Part shown: positions 29,805-42,113 of the stretch, in pieces | Layout: every line of letters starts with the position of its first letter | Numbering within the stretch: position 1 is the stretch's first letter | From: Faecalibacterium sp. | GTDB lineage: Bacteria > Bacillota > Clostridia > Oscillospirales > Ruminococcaceae | Assembly (NCBI GenBank): GCA_020025825.1 | Contig: JAHHRL010000009.1 | Coordinates: 1,783 to 65,782 of the forward strand | Length of the DNA stretch: 64,000 nucleotides | Reading direction: 5' to 3' | Translations under genes and position numbers: made by a program | Notes under the pieces: model-generated | Database searches by the model: none | Told to the model about the DNA's origin: nothing | The model's input: the letters and a program-made list of their open reading frames with translations, nothing else

Positions 29805-29956
29805 CGCCTATTCGCCATTTTGACGAAAAGTATAGTGGACTAACAGAAATGAATGATTTTTTCAAGCCTGATAACGAATAAACTATACACGAACCCGTGT
29901 GTTTCACACTATTGAAACATACGGGTAATTTTTTTTGTCAAGAGGCAAAAAATCGC

Positions 29957-29985
29957 TTGACATCTTGCTTTTTTCAGGATATACT
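29957..29985 (+). promoter_or_regulatory. rpoB promoter
   Basis: TTGACA-N17-TATACT. Confidence 0.8.
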
Positions 29986-30171
29986 GAATCAGTATCACAA
30001 AATGCCTTAGTATGCGAAAATCGTAGCGTGACTTACCAGGTTTCCCGAATTCAAAACGTAAAGTTTGTGAAAAGTGACAGTCTGTACACTTTGGGGCCGG
30101 TAAGGCAGGTAAAAAGGTGAACAGTTTCGAACGTTGCAATCAAAAGTTAAAGATAAGGAGTGGTTGATTTT

Positions 30172-33100
30172 ATGATGAAAGTCAAGCCCGTCAAGCTCGG
30201 CAAAACCGAGCGCATGAGCTTTGCTCGCATCGACGAAGTCATCGGAATGCCCAATCTGATCGAGGTCCAGAAAAACTCTTACCGCTGGTTTTTGGACGAA
30301 GGTCTGAAAGATGTTTTTCACGACATCGGTGCGATCGAGGACTACACGGGCAATCTGGCCCTGAGCTTTGTTGACTTCCGCCTGGACGACACCCCCAAGT
30401 ATTCCATTAAGGAGTGCAAGGAGCGTGACGTAACATACGCAGCTCCCCTGCGTGTTACTGCACGCCTGGTAAACAAGGAAACAGGCGAAATCAAGGATCA
30501 GGAAATTTTCATGGGCGATTTCCCGCTCATGACTGACGCGGGCACTTTTGTCATTAACGGCGCCGAGCGTGTTATCGTTAGCCAGCTGGTCCGTTCTCCC
30601 GGTGTTTTCTACGGCCACGAGAAGGACAAAATCGGTAACGACCTGTACAGCGCTACCATGAACCCCAACCGTGGTGCATGGCTGGAGTATGAAACGGACG
30701 CTTCCAACGTGTTCTATGTGCGTATCGACAAGAACCGTAAGATTCCTGTAACCGTTTTGTGCCGTGCTTTGGGCCTGAGCTCTGATGAGGAGATTCTGGA
30801 CTACTTCGGCGGCGATGTACGTATCCTGGCTACTTTGGAAAAGGATACCTGCAAGAATCAGGCTGACGGTTTGCTGGAAGTTTACCGCAAGCTGCGTCCC
30901 GGTGAGCCTCCCACGGTAGATTCCGCTACCGCACAGATCGATTCTCTGTTCTTCGATCCTCACCGCTATGACCTGTCCCGCTTCGGCCGTTACAAGATGA
31001 ACAAGAAGCTGGCACTGGCTCGCCGTATCGTCGGTTTCAAGGCTTTCTACGATGTAGAAGATCCCCGTACCGGCGAGGTAATCATTCCCGCAGGTGAGAA
31101 GATCACCCGTGAGATGGCAGAAGCAGCAGACCGTGCAGGTGTTAAGGTTGTCAACCTGAACATCGACGACAAGCTGGTTAAGGTTATCACCAACGGTTGT
31201 GTAGACGCTCAGCCTTTCTTCTCCTTCGACGTGAAGGAAGCAGGCATTAACGAGCGTGTCAACTTTACTGAGCTGTGCAAGATTCTGAACACTACTGACG
31301 ATGCAGAAGAGCAGAAGGAACTGCTGAAGCAGAACCATGACCTGCTGATTGGCCGCACTGTTACCGTGGAAGATATTTTTGCTTCCATCAACTACCTGTG
31401 CGACTTGGATCACGGCGTTGGTGTTGTGGACGACATTGACCACTTGGGCAACCGTCGTATCCGCAGTGTTGGCGAGCTGCTGCAGAACCAGTTCCGCATC
31501 GGCTTCTCCCGTATGGAGCGTGTGATTCGTGAGCGCATGACCCTGCAGAGCCAGGATCAGGCTGTTATCACTCCGCAGGCTCTGATCAATATCCGTCCTG
31601 TTGTGGCAGCTATCAAGGAGTTCTTCGGTTCTTCTCCGCTGTCTCAGTTCATGGACCAGAACAACCCTCTGGCAGAGCTGACCCACAAGCGTCGTCTGTC
31701 CGCTCTGGGCCCCGGCGGTTTGTCTCGTGACCGTGCAGGTTTCGAAGTTCGTGACGTTCACTACAGCCACTACGGCCGTATGTGCCCCATCGAAACACCT
31801 GAAGGTCCTAACATCGGTCTGATTTCTTATCTGGCATCTTTCTCCCGCATCAACGAGTACGGCTTTGTTGAGGCTCCTTACCGTAAGGTTAAGAAGACCT
31901 ACGACGAAAACGGCAAGCTGATTGATCAGGTTGTTACCAACGATGTTGAGTATATGACCGCTGACGTCGAAGATGAATACGTTGTTGCACAGGCTAACGA
32001 GCCGCTGGACGAGGGTATGCACTTTGTGCGTGAGCGTGTTTCTGCTCGCCGCCGTGATGAAATCCTTGAAGTGAACCGCGAAAGCGTCGATTACATGGAC
32101 GTTTCTCCCAAGATGATGGTTTCTGTTGCTACTGCAATGATTCCCTTCCTGGAGAACGACGACTGTAACCGTGCTCTGATGGGTTCTAACATGCAGCGTC
32201 AGGCAGTGCCTCTGATGGTTACCCAGCAGCCTATTGTTGCTACCGGTATGGAATACAAGGCAGCTACCGACTCTGGTGTTGCTGTGCTGGCAAAGCGTGC
32301 CGGTACGGTTGAGTACGTGGACGCTGACACTGTTCTGGTACGTACCGAGAACGGCAACGTAGACCGCTACACCCTGACCAAGTTTGCACGTTCCAACGCA
32401 GGTACCTGCATCAACCAGCGCCCCATTGTTGAGGTTGGCGATGTCCTGACAGAAGGTCAGGTGATTGCAGACGGCCCCGCAATGCGCAACGGTGAAATCT
32501 CTCTGGGTAAGAATGCTCTGATCGGCTTCATGACCTGGGAAGGTTACAACTACGAGGACGCTGTCCTGCTGAATGAAAAGATCGTCCGTGAGGACGTTTA
32601 CACCTCTATCCATATTGAGGAATATGAGACCGAAGCTCGTGAAACCAAGCTGGGACCTGAGGAAATCACCCGTGATATCCCCAACGTTTCCGAAGAAGCT
32701 TTGAAGGATTTGGACGAGCGTGGTATCATCCGCATTGGTGCTGAAGTTGGCGCCGGTGACATTCTGGTTGGTAAGGTTACCCCCAAGGGCGAAACCGAGC
32801 TGACTGCTGAAGAGCGCCTGCTGCGTGCTATCTTCGGCGAAAAGGCACGTGAAGTGCGTGACACTTCTCTGCGTGTGCCCCACGGCGAGTACGGCATCAT
32901 CGTGGACGTTAAGATCTTTACCCCTGAAAACAGCGATGAGCTGCAGCCCGGCGTACGTCAGGTTGTCCGCTGCTACATTGCTCAGAAGCGTAAGATCAGC
33001 GTCGGCGATAAGATGGCAGGTCGTCACGGTAACAAGGGTGTCGTTTCCCGCATCCTGCCGCAGGAAGATATGCCCTTCCTGCCCGACGGCACGCCGCTGG

Positions 33101-33993
33101 ACATCGTTCTGAACCCGCTGGGCGTTCCTTCTCGAATGAACATCGGTCAGGTGCTGGAAGTCAACCTGGGCTATGCTGCTAAGGCTTGCGGCCTGAAGGT
33201 TATGACCCCCGTCTTCGACTCCGCACGTGAGAACGACATCATCGACACCTTCGACACCGCACGTGAGCTGTGGCACGGTGAGAATGCTCCTGAGTATCCC
33301 ACCCAGCTGCCCAAGATCATGGGTGAGAAGGGCCACATCATTGACTTCTCCAAGATCGAGCTGGGCGCTGACGGCCGTACCACCGTGTACGATGGCCGTA
33401 CCGGCGAGAAGTTCGATAACCCCGTTACTGTCGGCTATATGTACTACCTGAAGCTGCATCACCTGGTCGACGATAAGATCCACGCACGTTCTACCGGTCC
33501 CTACTCTTTGGTTACTCAGCAGCCTCTGGGCGGTAAGGCTCAGTTCGGCGGCCAGCGTTTCGGTGAGATGGAAGTTTGGGCTCTGGAAGCTTACGGTGCT
33601 GCTTACACCCTGCAGGAAATCCTGACTGTGAAGTCTGACGACGTTGTGGGCCGTGTCAAGACCTACGAAGCTATCGTCAAGGGCGATGCAGTGCCGCAGC
33701 CCGGTATCCCCGAGTCCTTCCGCGTTCTGCTGAAGGAACTGCAGGCTCTGGGCATGGATGTCATCGTGCAGGATGCCGAGGGCAACGAAGTGGATATGCG
33801 CCAGGACTTCGATGAAGAAGATACCGGTTTTGATATGCGTGACATTCCCATGGGCGACACCGTTACCAATGAGAATGAGCTGAGTGGTGAGTACACCATT
33901 AAGGATGCTGACGCTGGTTTTGATGATGCTGCCGTGCTGAACGACGAGTATTCTGCACCCGCTGCAGAGGAAAGCGACGAGATGGATTTCTAA
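30172..33993 (+). CDS. rpoB: RNA polymerase beta subunit
   Basis: [48 protein letters not shown]. Confidence 0.99.
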   Translation: MMKVKPVKLGKTERMSFARIDEVIGMPNLIEVQKNSYRWFLDEGLKDVFHDIGAIEDYTGNLALSFVDFRLDDTPKYSIKECKERDVTYAAPLRVTARLVNKETGEIKDQEIFMGDFPLMTDAGTFVINGAERVIVSQLVRSPGVFYGHEKDKIGNDLYSATMNPNRGAWLEYETDASNVFYVRIDKNRKIPVTVLCRALGLSSDEEILDYFGGDVRILATLEKDTCKNQADGLLEVYRKLRPGEPPTVDSATAQIDSLFFDPHRYDLSRFGRYKMNKKLALARRIVGFKAFYDVEDPRTGEVIIPAGEKITREMAEAADRAGVKVVNLNIDDKLVKVITNGCVDAQPFFSFDVKEAGINERVNFTELCKILNTTDDAEEQKELLKQNHDLLIGRTVTVEDIFASINYLCDLDHGVGVVDDIDHLGNRRIRSVGELLQNQFRIGFSRMERVIRERMTLQSQDQAVITPQALINIRPVVAAIKEFFGSSPLSQFMDQNNPLAELTHKRRLSALGPGGLSRDRAGFEVRDVHYSHYGRMCPIETPEGPNIGLISYLASFSRINEYGFVEAPYRKVKKTYDENGKLIDQVVTNDVEYMTADVEDEYVVAQANEPLDEGMHFVRERVSARRRDEILEVNRESVDYMDVSPKMMVSVATAMIPFLENDDCNRALMGSNMQRQAVPLMVTQQPIVATGMEYKAATDSGVAVLAKRAGTVEYVDADTVLVRTENGNVDRYTLTKFARSNAGTCINQRPIVEVGDVLTEGQVIADGPAMRNGEISLGKNALIGFMTWEGYNYEDAVLLNEKIVREDVYTSIHIEEYETEARETKLGPEEITRDIPNVSEEALKDLDERGIIRIGAEVGAGDILVGKVTPKGETELTAEERLLRAIFGEKAREVRDTSLRVPHGEYGIIVDVKIFTPENSDELQPGVRQVVRCYIAQKRKISVGDKMAGRHGNKGVVSRILPQEDMPFLPDGTPLDIVLNPLGVPSRMNIGQVLEVNLGYAAKACGLKVMTPVFDSARENDIIDTFDTARELWHGENAPEYPTQLPKIMGEKGHIIDFSKIELGADGRTTVYDGRTGEKFDNPVTVGYMYYLKLHHLVDDKIHARSTGPYSLVTQQPLGGKAQFGGQRFGEMEVWALEAYGAAYTLQEILTVKSDDVVGRVKTYEAIVKGDAVPQPGIPESFRVLLKELQALGMDVIVQDAEGNEVDMRQDFDEEDTGFDMRDIPMGDTVTNENELSGEYTIKDADAGFDDAAVLNDEYSAPAAEESDEMDF

Positions 33994-34044
33994 TCCGCGT
34001 GCGTTGCATCACCAAAATTTGAGATGAAGAAAGGGTTTGTTTCA

Positions 34045-37000
34045 ATGGAAAACACCGTTTTCGATAGTATTAAAGTCGGCCTTGCCTCTCCCGAACAGAT
34101 CCGTGCATGGAGCTACGGCGAGGTTAAGAAGCCGGAAACCATCAATTACCGCACCCTGAAGCCGGAGCGCGACGGCCTGTTCTGCGAGCGGATCTTTGGA
34201 CCCACGAAGGACTGGGAGTGCCACTGCGGCAAGTACAAGCGGATCCGCTACAAGGGCAAGATCTGCGACCGCTGCGGCGTTGAGGTCACTCGTGCCAAGG
34301 TCCGTCGTGAGCGCATGGGCCACATCGAGCTGGCTGCTCCTGTCAGCCACATCTGGTACTTCAAGGGTATCCCCAGCCGTATCGGCCTGATGCTGGACAT
34401 CAGCCCCCGCCTGCTGGAGAAGGTACTGTACTTTGCCAGCTATATCGTTACCAATCCCGGTCTGACCCCGCTGGAAAAGAAGCAGCTGCTGACCGAGAAA
34501 GAATACCGCGAGATGCGCGAGCGCTATGAGGACGAGTTTGAGGCATCCATGGGTGCTGAGGCTATCCAGGAGCTGCTGCGCGAGATCGATCTGGACACGC
34601 TGAGCAATCAGCTGCATGAGGAGGTGGACAAGTCCACCGGCCAGAAGCGCGTTCGCCTGCTGAAGCGTCTGGAAGTGGTCGAGGCATTCCGCCTGTCCGG
34701 CAACCGTCCCGAGTGGATGATCCTGGACGCTGTGCCGGTTCTGCCGCCTGATCTGCGTCCCATGGTTCAGCTGGATGGCGGCCGTTTCGCCACCTCTGAC
34801 CTGAACGATCTGTATCGCCGCGTGATCAACCGCAACAACCGTCTGCGCCGTCTGCTGGAGCTGGGTGCTCCCGACATCATCGTGCGCAACGAAAAGCGTA
34901 TGCTGCAGGAGGCTGTGGACTCCCTGATCGACAACGGCCGTCGTGGTCGTCCGGTCACCGGTCCCTCCAACCGCCCGCTGAAGAGCTTGTCCGACTTCCT
35001 GAAGGGTAAGCAGGGCCGTTTCCGTCAGAACTTGCTGGGTAAGCGTGTTGACTACTCTGGCCGTTCTGTTATCGTTGTTGGCCCTGAGCTGCGTATGGAC
35101 CAGTGTGGTCTGCCTAAGGAAATGGCACTGGAGCTGTTCAAGCCCTTTGTTATGAAGGACTTGGTCGAGCGTGGTGCTGCTACCAACATTAAGACTGCTC
35201 GTAAGATGGTTGAGCGTGCTAAGCCCGAAGTTTGGGATAGCTTGGAGACTGTTATCAAGGGTCACCCGGTTCTGCTGAACCGTGCACCTACGCTGCACCG
35301 TCTGGGTATTCAGGCATTTAACCCTGTGCTGGTTGAGGGCCGTGCAATTAAGCTGCACCCCCTGGCATGTACTGCATTTAACGCCGACTTCGACGGCGAC
35401 CAGATGGCAGTTCACCTGCCCCTGTCTACAGAAGCAATCCGTGAAGCTCGCATGCTGATGCTGGCATCCGGCAACTTGCTGAAGCCTTCTGACGGCGCAC
35501 CTGTTGCTGTGCCTACACAGGATATGATTCTGGGCAGCTACTACCTGACTACTGTGCGTGAAAACGACATGGGCGCAGGTAAGGTATTCCGTGATGAAAA
35601 CGAAGCTTTGATGGCTTATGCAGATGAAGTTGTTACTCTGCATGCACCCGTCAAGGTGCGTCGTACCATGACCATTAACGGTGTAGAGCACACCGGTATG
35701 GTTGATACCACCGTTGGTCGTATCATCTTCAATACTCCTGTTCCTCAGGACTTGGGTTATGTGGATCGTACTGACCCGGCACATACTTTGGACTACGAGG
35801 TCAGCTTCCGTGTGACCAAGAAGACCTTGCCCGACATCATTTCCCGCTGCTTGACTTGCCATGGCACCCGTGCTTGTGCAAAGATGCTGGACGCTATCAA
35901 GAATCAGGGCTACAAGTATTCTACTAAGTCCGCAATTTCTGTTGCTGTTTGTGATGCAGTTATCCCGCCGCAGAAGGCAGAACTGGTTGAAGAAGCAGAC
36001 CAGCAGGTTTCTAAGGTTGTTAAGCTGTTTAACAAGGGCTTGATTTCCGAGCGTGAGCGTTACGAAAAGGTTATCGAGATTTGGCAGAAGACCACCGATA
36101 AGGTTTCTAAGGCACTGTCTGAGAACCTGCCCAAGGACAACCAGATCTTTATGATGGCTGACTCTGGTGCTCGTGGTTCTATGAACCAGATTAAGCAGCT
36201 GGCAGGCATGCGTGGCTTGCTGGCTAACACCGCAGGCCACACCATCGAGATGCCTATTCGTGCTAACTACCGTGAAGGCTTGAACATCTTGGAATACTTC
36301 GTTTCTGCTCGTGGTGCACGTAAGGGCTTGGCCGATACCGCTCTGCGTACCGCTGACTCCGGTTACTTGACTCGCCGAATGGTTGACGTTTCTCAGGACG
36401 TTATCATCCGTGAAATCGACTGTGGCACTACCGATGGTATGGTTGTTACTGAGATTCACGAAGGCAAGGAAAAGATCGAGAGCTTCCGTGAGCGCCTGAT
36501 TGGCCGTTACGCTGTTGGTGATGTTGTCAACCCTGTTACCAACGAAGTTATCGTGCCGGAAGGCAAGATGATGGACCTGTATGATGCAGAGAAGATTGAA
36601 GCTGCAGGCATTACCAGCCTGAAGATTCGCAGCCTGCTGACCTGCCGTGCTAAGACCGGTGTCTGCGCACACTGCTACGGCTCCAACATGGCAAACGGTG
36701 AACCCGTACAGCTGGGTGAATCTGTTGGTATCATTGCAGCTCAGTCCATCGGTGAACCCGGTACTCAGCTGACCATGCGTACTTTCCATACCGGTGGTAT
36801 CGCATCTGCTGAAGATATTACACAGGGTCTGCCTCGTGTTGAGGAACTGTTTGAGAGCCGCCGTCCCAAGAGCATGGCTATCATGAGCGAAATCTCCGGT
36901 ACTGTTTCTCTGGACGACACCAAGAAGAACACCGTTGTTGTTGTTACCGGCCACGACGGTGATGGCGTTGAAGTGGAGAAGAAGTACTCCATTCCCTTTA

Positions 37001-37617
37001 CTCAGCACATCCGTGTACAGCCCGGTGATATTGTTGAGAAGGGCGACGTGCTGACCAAGGAAGGCGTTGCTTACCCGCAGGATATTCTGGCTATCAAGGG
37101 TCTGGTAGACGTTCAGAACTACCTGATCAACGAAGTTCAGAAGGTTTACCGTCTGCAGGGTGTTGAAATCAACGATAAGCATATCGAAGTTATTATCCGC
37201 CAGATGTGCCGTAAGGTTCGTGTTCTGGATTCCGGTTCTTCTGACTTTATCGGTGGTGCACTGGCAAGCAAGCTGGAAGTTGAAAACAAGAATGCCGAGC
37301 TGGCCGAGCGTATTGCTAACGGCGAGGAAGGCCTGAAGATGATTCAGTACCAGCAGGTTCTGTTGGGTATCACTAAGGCTTCTCTGGCAACTGACTCCTT
37401 CCTGTCTGCTGCATCCTTCCAGGAAACCACTCGCGTGTTGACCGAGGCTGCTATCAAGGGCAAGGTTGACCCGCTGCTGGGCCTGAAGGAGAACGTACTG
37501 ATTGGTAAGCTGATTCCCGCAGGTACTGGTTTGCCTGAAGTTGAAGAGGAGCTGGCTCGCCGTGAGGAAGCTCTGGACGCAGAGATTGCTGCTGAAAATG
37601 CCGCAGCTGCTCAGTAA
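34045..37617 (+). CDS. rpoC: RNA polymerase beta-prime subunit
   Basis: N-terminal Zn finger, catalytic [26 protein letters not shown]. Confidence 0.99.
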   Translation: MENTVFDSIKVGLASPEQIRAWSYGEVKKPETINYRTLKPERDGLFCERIFGPTKDWECHCGKYKRIRYKGKICDRCGVEVTRAKVRRERMGHIELAAPVSHIWYFKGIPSRIGLMLDISPRLLEKVLYFASYIVTNPGLTPLEKKQLLTEKEYREMRERYEDEFEASMGAEAIQELLREIDLDTLSNQLHEEVDKSTGQKRVRLLKRLEVVEAFRLSGNRPEWMILDAVPVLPPDLRPMVQLDGGRFATSDLNDLYRRVINRNNRLRRLLELGAPDIIVRNEKRMLQEAVDSLIDNGRRGRPVTGPSNRPLKSLSDFLKGKQGRFRQNLLGKRVDYSGRSVIVVGPELRMDQCGLPKEMALELFKPFVMKDLVERGAATNIKTARKMVERAKPEVWDSLETVIKGHPVLLNRAPTLHRLGIQAFNPVLVEGRAIKLHPLACTAFNADFDGDQMAVHLPLSTEAIREARMLMLASGNLLKPSDGAPVAVPTQDMILGSYYLTTVRENDMGAGKVFRDENEALMAYADEVVTLHAPVKVRRTMTINGVEHTGMVDTTVGRIIFNTPVPQDLGYVDRTDPAHTLDYEVSFRVTKKTLPDIISRCLTCHGTRACAKMLDAIKNQGYKYSTKSAISVAVCDAVIPPQKAELVEEADQQVSKVVKLFNKGLISERERYEKVIEIWQKTTDKVSKALSENLPKDNQIFMMADSGARGSMNQIKQLAGMRGLLANTAGHTIEMPIRANYREGLNILEYFVSARGARKGLADTALRTADSGYLTRRMVDVSQDVIIREIDCGTTDGMVVTEIHEGKEKIESFRERLIGRYAVGDVVNPVTNEVIVPEGKMMDLYDAEKIEAAGITSLKIRSLLTCRAKTGVCAHCYGSNMANGEPVQLGESVGIIAAQSIGEPGTQLTMRTFHTGGIASAEDITQGLPRVEELFESRRPKSMAIMSEISGTVSLDDTKKNTVVVVTGHDGDGVEVEKKYSIPFTQHIRVQPGDIVEKGDVLTKEGVAYPQDILAIKGLVDVQNYLINEVQKVYRLQGVEINDKHIEVIIRQMCRKVRVLDSGSSDFIGGALASKLEVENKNAELAERIANGEEGLKMIQYQQVLLGITKASLATDSFLSAASFQETTRVLTEAAIKGKVDPLLGLKENVLIGKLIPAGTGLPEVEEELARREEALDAEIAAENAAAAQ

Positions 37618-37645
37618 CTAAAATAGAATATCGCTTTTTAAGCGC

Positions 37646-37686
37646 AAAAGCCCCCATACAGCTAATACTGTATGGGGGCTTTTATT
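37646..37686 (+). terminator. rpoBC terminator
   Basis: AAAAGCCCCCATACAG...CTGTATGGGGGCTTTT. Confidence 0.85.
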
Positions 37687-37937
37687 GCTGATTTTGATGG
37701 AAGCTATCAGAGTACACAGAAAAATGGTTAAAATTGGTTAAAAAAATAACTATACACCGATAACTTGTAAAAAATGAAAAAAATATCCCTAAAAAAGGAA
37801 AAACTGTATAACCGAGGAAAATAAAAACAAATTGATAGCCAGAAGGGTGAAACAATTTGTGAATTTGTAGGATTGAATCCAAGTGCGAAAAGTGCTTTAC
37901 TTGTATAGTTTCAAAAAAAGAGAAAGAGGTGGATCGA

Positions 37938-38411
37938 ATGTTCCTGGTACTTCTGCTGTTTTGGATTATTTTTAACGGAAAAGTCACAACGGAAATTGTG
38001 CTGTTCGGCATTGTTATCTCGGCTGCACTAACTTGCTTGTGGCATAAGATGTTTGGGGGAAAACGCAATGCAGTTTGGCCCTCTCCGGAGATGGTTTGGC
38101 GTTATTTGAAGTATTGTGTGGATTTGATTCTGGAAATTATTGTTTGTAACATCAAGGTCATGCGCCTTATTTTACACCCCAACGAGGAGATTCGCCCTCA
38201 GCTGGTAACATTCCATATCAATTTGAAAGAAGATCACCATAAAGTAATCTTGGCAAACTCCATTACACTGACCCCCGGCACCATTACTGTAGGTTTGCAG
38301 GGCGATACAATCCGTGTGCATGGTTTGGATGCTTCCTTTATGGAGGGCATCGAAGATTGCAACATGGTGCGTAGCTTAGAGAAAATGGAGGAGGATGCAA
38401 AGCATGATTAA
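37938..38411 (+). CDS. MrpE/MbhA-like antiporter subunit
   Basis: LANSITLTPGTITV motif. Confidence 0.9.
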   Translation: MFLVLLLFWIIFNGKVTTEIVLFGIVISAALTCLWHKMFGGKRNAVWPSPEMVWRYLKYCVDLILEIIVCNIKVMRLILHPNEEIRPQLVTFHINLKEDHHKVILANSITLTPGTITVGLQGDTIRVHGLDASFMEGIEDCNMVRSLEKMEEDAKHD

Positions 38412-38745
38412 CTTCTTACACATTTTTTTGATTGGCTGCTGTGCCGTTTTAGGTGTCTGCATCATTTTTTGCATGATTCGTGCAATGCTGGGACCTCGTT
38501 TTACCGACCGTGTTGTTGCTGTTAACATGATTGGCACAATGACAATTGCAATTATGGCAATTTTGTCGGTATGGATGGACGCCGAATTCCTGATTGATAT
38601 TTCCATTACTTATGCATTGCTGAGCTTTATTGCTATTATGGTTTTGACTCAGTTGGTTATTATTCGCCGCAGAGGTCAGATGGAACGTGAAGCAAATAAG
38701 AAAGCTGACGAAATCAATGAAATGGAGGCTGGTCAGGGTGATTAA
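38404..38745 (+). CDS. MrpF/MbhB-like subunit
   Basis: RAMLGPRFTDRVVA; IDISITYALLSF. Confidence 0.9.
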   Translation: MINFLHIFLIGCCAVLGVCIIFCMIRAMLGPRFTDRVVAVNMIGTMTIAIMAILSVWMDAEFLIDISITYALLSFIAIMVLTQLVIIRRRGQMEREANKKADEINEMEAGQGD

Positions 38746-39064
38746 AGATATTCTGGGCGCAATCCTCGTTTTTTTAGGCGTTTGCGTTATGGTTATTGCA
38801 ACATTTGGTATCTATCGTTTTAAGTATGTTTTGAACAGAATGCATGCTGCTGCGTTGGGCGATACACTGGGTCTGCTGCTGATTTTGGTCGGCCTGATGG
38901 TGCTGTCCGGGTGGACAGCCGGCACTGCAAAAATGTTTATCATTATTATTTTCATGTGGTTGGCAAGCCCTGTTATGAGCCATATGATTGCACGTGCTGA
39001 GGTGCTGACCTATCAACACATTACTGAAGAGTGTGAGGTGATTTCCAATGACGACTGCGTTTGA
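38738..39064 (+). CDS. MrpG/MbhC-like subunit
   Basis: GIYRF...NRMHAAALGDTLG...SPVMSHMIA; GTG start after GGAGG. Confidence 0.88.
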   Translation: MIKDILGAILVFLGVCVMVIATFGIYRFKYVLNRMHAAALGDTLGLLLILVGLMVLSGWTAGTAKMFIIIIFMWLASPVMSHMIARAEVLTYQHITEECEVISNDDCV

Positions 39065-39302
39065 GTTGGTTTTGATTATTGGTTTAATGATTTGTGCTAT
39101 TTCTGCTTTGAAAGCTAAGCGCCTGCTGGTTACGGTTGTTATTTACATGGCATACAGCCTGTTGATGACGATTGTGTGGGTTTTGCTGCAAAGCCCGGAC
39201 TTGGCTATTACAGAGGCCGCTGTAGGTGCCGGCGTTACAGGTATGTTGTTCTTAACAACCCTGAAAAAGATTCATGCACTGCAAGGCACAAAGGATGAAT
39301 AA
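39048..39302 (+). CDS. DUF4040/MbhD-like subunit (stand-alone piece of MrpA)
   Basis: LQSPDLAITEAAVGAG motif. Confidence 0.88.
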   Translation: MTTAFELVLIIGLMICAISALKAKRLLVTVVIYMAYSLLMTIVWVLLQSPDLAITEAAVGAGVTGMLFLTTLKKIHALQGTKDE

Positions 39303-39319
39303 AGGGGGAAGAAGACAGA

Positions 39320-40219
39320 ATGAAAAAAAATATCTGGGCTAATTTTTCTTCCTGGGTAAACGGAACCGCAGAGGGCAAGGACCCCTACGAAATTTCTGAA
39401 AAGGTCCAGCCTCGTGAGGAACGTAAACGTTTTAAGCTGAACGAAGAGCAAAAAATGCATCTTTTTAACCTGCAATATAAAATTGTAGCTGCTGTAGTTT
39501 GCTTAACGGTAGTAGGCGTGTTGCTGTACACATTATTCCAGCTGCCTTTATTTGGCGACCCTCGCAACCCTGCCGTAAACGAAGTGGTAGAGCGTTATGT
39601 AGAAGACGGCCTGAAAGAAACCGGTGCTGTGAATATGGTTGCCGGCATGATTTTGGATTACCGTGCTTTTGATACATTTGGCGAGTCCTCGGTGCTGTTT
39701 TTGGCAGTTACCAGTGTTATGATGCTGTTGCTGCGTGATGAAAAGAATATCAGCAAGGAAGAGGATATTCAGGAAGCACACGAGCGTATCATTGAGCGTG
39801 AGGCAAGCGACCCGATTCTGCGCTATGTGGTTTCCTTGGTTATGCCTTGCATTTTGCTGTTTGGTATTTATGTGGTGTTAAACGGCCACATCTCTCCGGG
39901 CGGCGGTTTCTCCGGCGGCGCAATTATGGGTGCCGGTTTTATTTTGTATAGTGCAGCATTTGGTACAGATGCAGTAAGCAAGTTCTTTAATATGAAGACC
40001 TTCCGCACAATTACCTCTACTGCACTGCTGTGCTACGCAGCAAGTAAGGCATATTCGTTCTATACAGGCGCAAATGGTTTGCCTACAGGTATCCCTCTGG
40101 GCACACCGGGAGCCATTTTGAGTTCCGGCCTGATTTTGGTGCTGGATGTTTGTGTTGGCCTTGTGGTTGCTTGCACAATGTATGGCTTTTATAGTTTGTT
40201 TGCAAAGGGGGAGATTTAA
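39320..40219 (+). CDS. MbhE-MbhF/MrpB-like fused subunit
   Basis: NMVAGMILDYRAFDTFGE plus GHISPGGGFSGG. Confidence 0.88.
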   Translation: MKKNIWANFSSWVNGTAEGKDPYEISEKVQPREERKRFKLNEEQKMHLFNLQYKIVAAVVCLTVVGVLLYTLFQLPLFGDPRNPAVNEVVERYVEDGLKETGAVNMVAGMILDYRAFDTFGESSVLFLAVTSVMMLLLRDEKNISKEEDIQEAHERIIEREASDPILRYVVSLVMPCILLFGIYVVLNGHISPGGGFSGGAIMGAGFILYSAAFGTDAVSKFFNMKTFRTITSTALLCYAASKAYSFYTGANGLPTGIPLGTPGAILSSGLILVLDVCVGLVVACTMYGFYSLFAKGEI

Positions 40220-40602
40220 TGTCTGCTTTTTTGGAAAAGGTGATTTCGCTTCGTTTTGAGATTGCTGCGGTAATCTTATTCGGCATTGGCTTTATCAATT
40301 TGCTGCTGCAGAAAAACCTGATTAAGAAAATCGTCGGTTTTAACGTGATGGACTCCTCTGTGTTTTTGCTGCTGGCATCTCAGGGCTACATTGATGGCCG
40401 CATTGCGCCTATTTTGACAAATGGCATTACAGAAGCAAGCCACTATGTTAACCCCATTCCTGCCGGTCTGGTGCTGACAGGCATCGTGGTTTCTGTTAGT
40501 GTTTCTGCATTCTTTTTGGCATTGGTGCAACGTTTGTACAAACATTATCATACCGTTAATTTCGATGAAATTATGGTATTGGCAAAGAAGAAGGTGGATT
40601 GA
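40219..40602 (+). CDS. MrpC/MbhG (NuoK-like) subunit
   Basis: NLIKKIVG; NPIPAGLVLTGIVV. Confidence 0.9.
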   Translation: MSAFLEKVISLRFEIAAVILFGIGFINLLLQKNLIKKIVGFNVMDSSVFLLLASQGYIDGRIAPILTNGITEASHYVNPIPAGLVLTGIVVSVSVSAFFLALVQRLYKHYHTVNFDEIMVLAKKKVD

Positions 40603-42101
40603 TGCAGCCGATTTACTATAATATTCCTTTTGTATGCATTTTTCTGTGCATGGTAGGCGGCATCACGATGCCCTTGCAGAAAAACGGAAAAACAGCTTAC
40701 CGCACCACAATTGGTGTTTGCTTGACTGTTTCTGCTTTATGTGCCGTTTTGTGCGGCATCCTGTACTTTAAGCAGGAGAGCTTTGTATACATGATGGGTC
40801 ATTTCCCCGCACCTTGGGGCAACGAGTTATACGTTGGACCTTTGGAGGCTATGCTGACCAGTGTGTTTGCGCTGGTTATGGCTATGTCCCTTATGGGTGG
40901 TAAGGAGACACTGTTTGAGGACATTTTGCCCTTGAAGCAGAAGTTCTACTTTACCATGATGTGCATGATTTTGGCATCCCTGTTGGCACTGAGCTTTACC
41001 AACGATATCTTTACCGGATATGTCTTTATCGAAATCAGCACCTTGGCAGCTTGTGCGATTGTTATGGCTCGTGATACCGAAAAGACAATCGCAGCAACCA
41101 TTCGCTATTTGGTCATCAGCCTGCTGGGTTCCGGTCTGTTTATGATTGGCCTTGCAATGCTATACTGCGTTACCGGCCATTTGCTGATGCCTCAGCTGCT
41201 GGAACGTGTTTTGATGTTGGATGCTACCAACAGCTACACCATTCCGCTGACAGTTGTTTGTGGTTTGTTGTCCATTGGTATGGGCATTAAGAGTGCTATG
41301 TTCCCGTTCCACGCATGGCTGCCGCAGGCACATGGCGGTGCAACCACCAGCTCCAGTGCGGTTCTGTCCGGCTTGGTGCTGAAGGGCTACATTGTCTTTT
41401 TGATTCGCATTTACTACCGTGTGTTCTCTATTTCGATTGTGCGCAGCATGAACATTACCGACGTCCTGTTTGTATTTGGTGTTGCAGGTATGATTCTGGG
41501 CTCTGTAATGGCAATGCATGAGGAACATATCAAACGTATGCTGGCATATTCCTCTATTGCACAAATCGGTTACATCTTTATGGGCATCGGTTTGGGTACG
41601 GACGCAGGCATTATGGCAGCATTCTTCCAGATTATGGCACATGCTGTTACAAAGCCGCTGCTGTTTGTCAGCGCAGGCCGCCTTTCCGAGGTGAGCCACC
41701 ACGAAAAGAGCCTGTACCGTTTGCGTGGTACTGCACGTGGCGATAAGCTGGCAGGCGTGGCCTTTACTTTGGGCGGTTTGTCCATGGTTGGTATCCCGCT
41801 GCTGGCAGGCTTTAACGCAAAGTTCTTCTTTGCAGGTGCAGCAGCAGGCGGCAGCATTGGCGGCGTAAAAATGTGGATTGCAATTATAGCACTCTGCGTT
41901 TCCTCTGTGCTGAATGCGCTGTACTATGTTCCCGCAATTTTCTCCATCTGGTCCAGCCACATCAAATATGATGCGCAGCCGGTTAAAGCAAACCATGGCT
42001 TTAGAGTAGCGGCAATTGTATTGATGATTGGTGTTGTGCTGCAGGGTGTTGCAGCAGCACCCATTATGCGTGTGATCCAGCTTGGAATTTCCATGTTATA
42101 A
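40602..42101 (+). CDS. Antiporter-like subunit 1 (MrpD/MbhH type)
   Basis: VFIE, KSAMFPFHAWLP, VLKG, KRMLAYSS, GFNAK. Confidence 0.9.
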   Translation: MQPIYYNIPFVCIFLCMVGGITMPLQKNGKTAYRTTIGVCLTVSALCAVLCGILYFKQESFVYMMGHFPAPWGNELYVGPLEAMLTSVFALVMAMSLMGGKETLFEDILPLKQKFYFTMMCMILASLLALSFTNDIFTGYVFIEISTLAACAIVMARDTEKTIAATIRYLVISLLGSGLFMIGLAMLYCVTGHLLMPQLLERVLMLDATNSYTIPLTVVCGLLSIGMGIKSAMFPFHAWLPQAHGGATTSSSAVLSGLVLKGYIVFLIRIYYRVFSISIVRSMNITDVLFVFGVAGMILGSVMAMHEEHIKRMLAYSSIAQIGYIFMGIGLGTDAGIMAAFFQIMAHAVTKPLLFVSAGRLSEVSHHEKSLYRLRGTARGDKLAGVAFTLGGLSMVGIPLLAGFNAKFFFAGAAAGGSIGGVKMWIAIIALCVSSVLNALYYVPAIFSIWSSHIKYDAQPVKANHGFRVAAIVLMIGVVLQGVAAAPIMRVIQLGISML

Positions 42102-42113
42102 GGAGGTGGTCAG

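Noticed and set aside
30007..37182. Very long antisense ORFs (1158 aa and 1046 aa) opposite rpoB and rpoC
   Set aside because: Codon-register shadows of highly biased genes; no RBS or recognisable domain
37682..38068. 128-aa minus-strand ORF
   Set aside because: Low-complexity AT-rich promoter DNA overlapping mrpE in antisense
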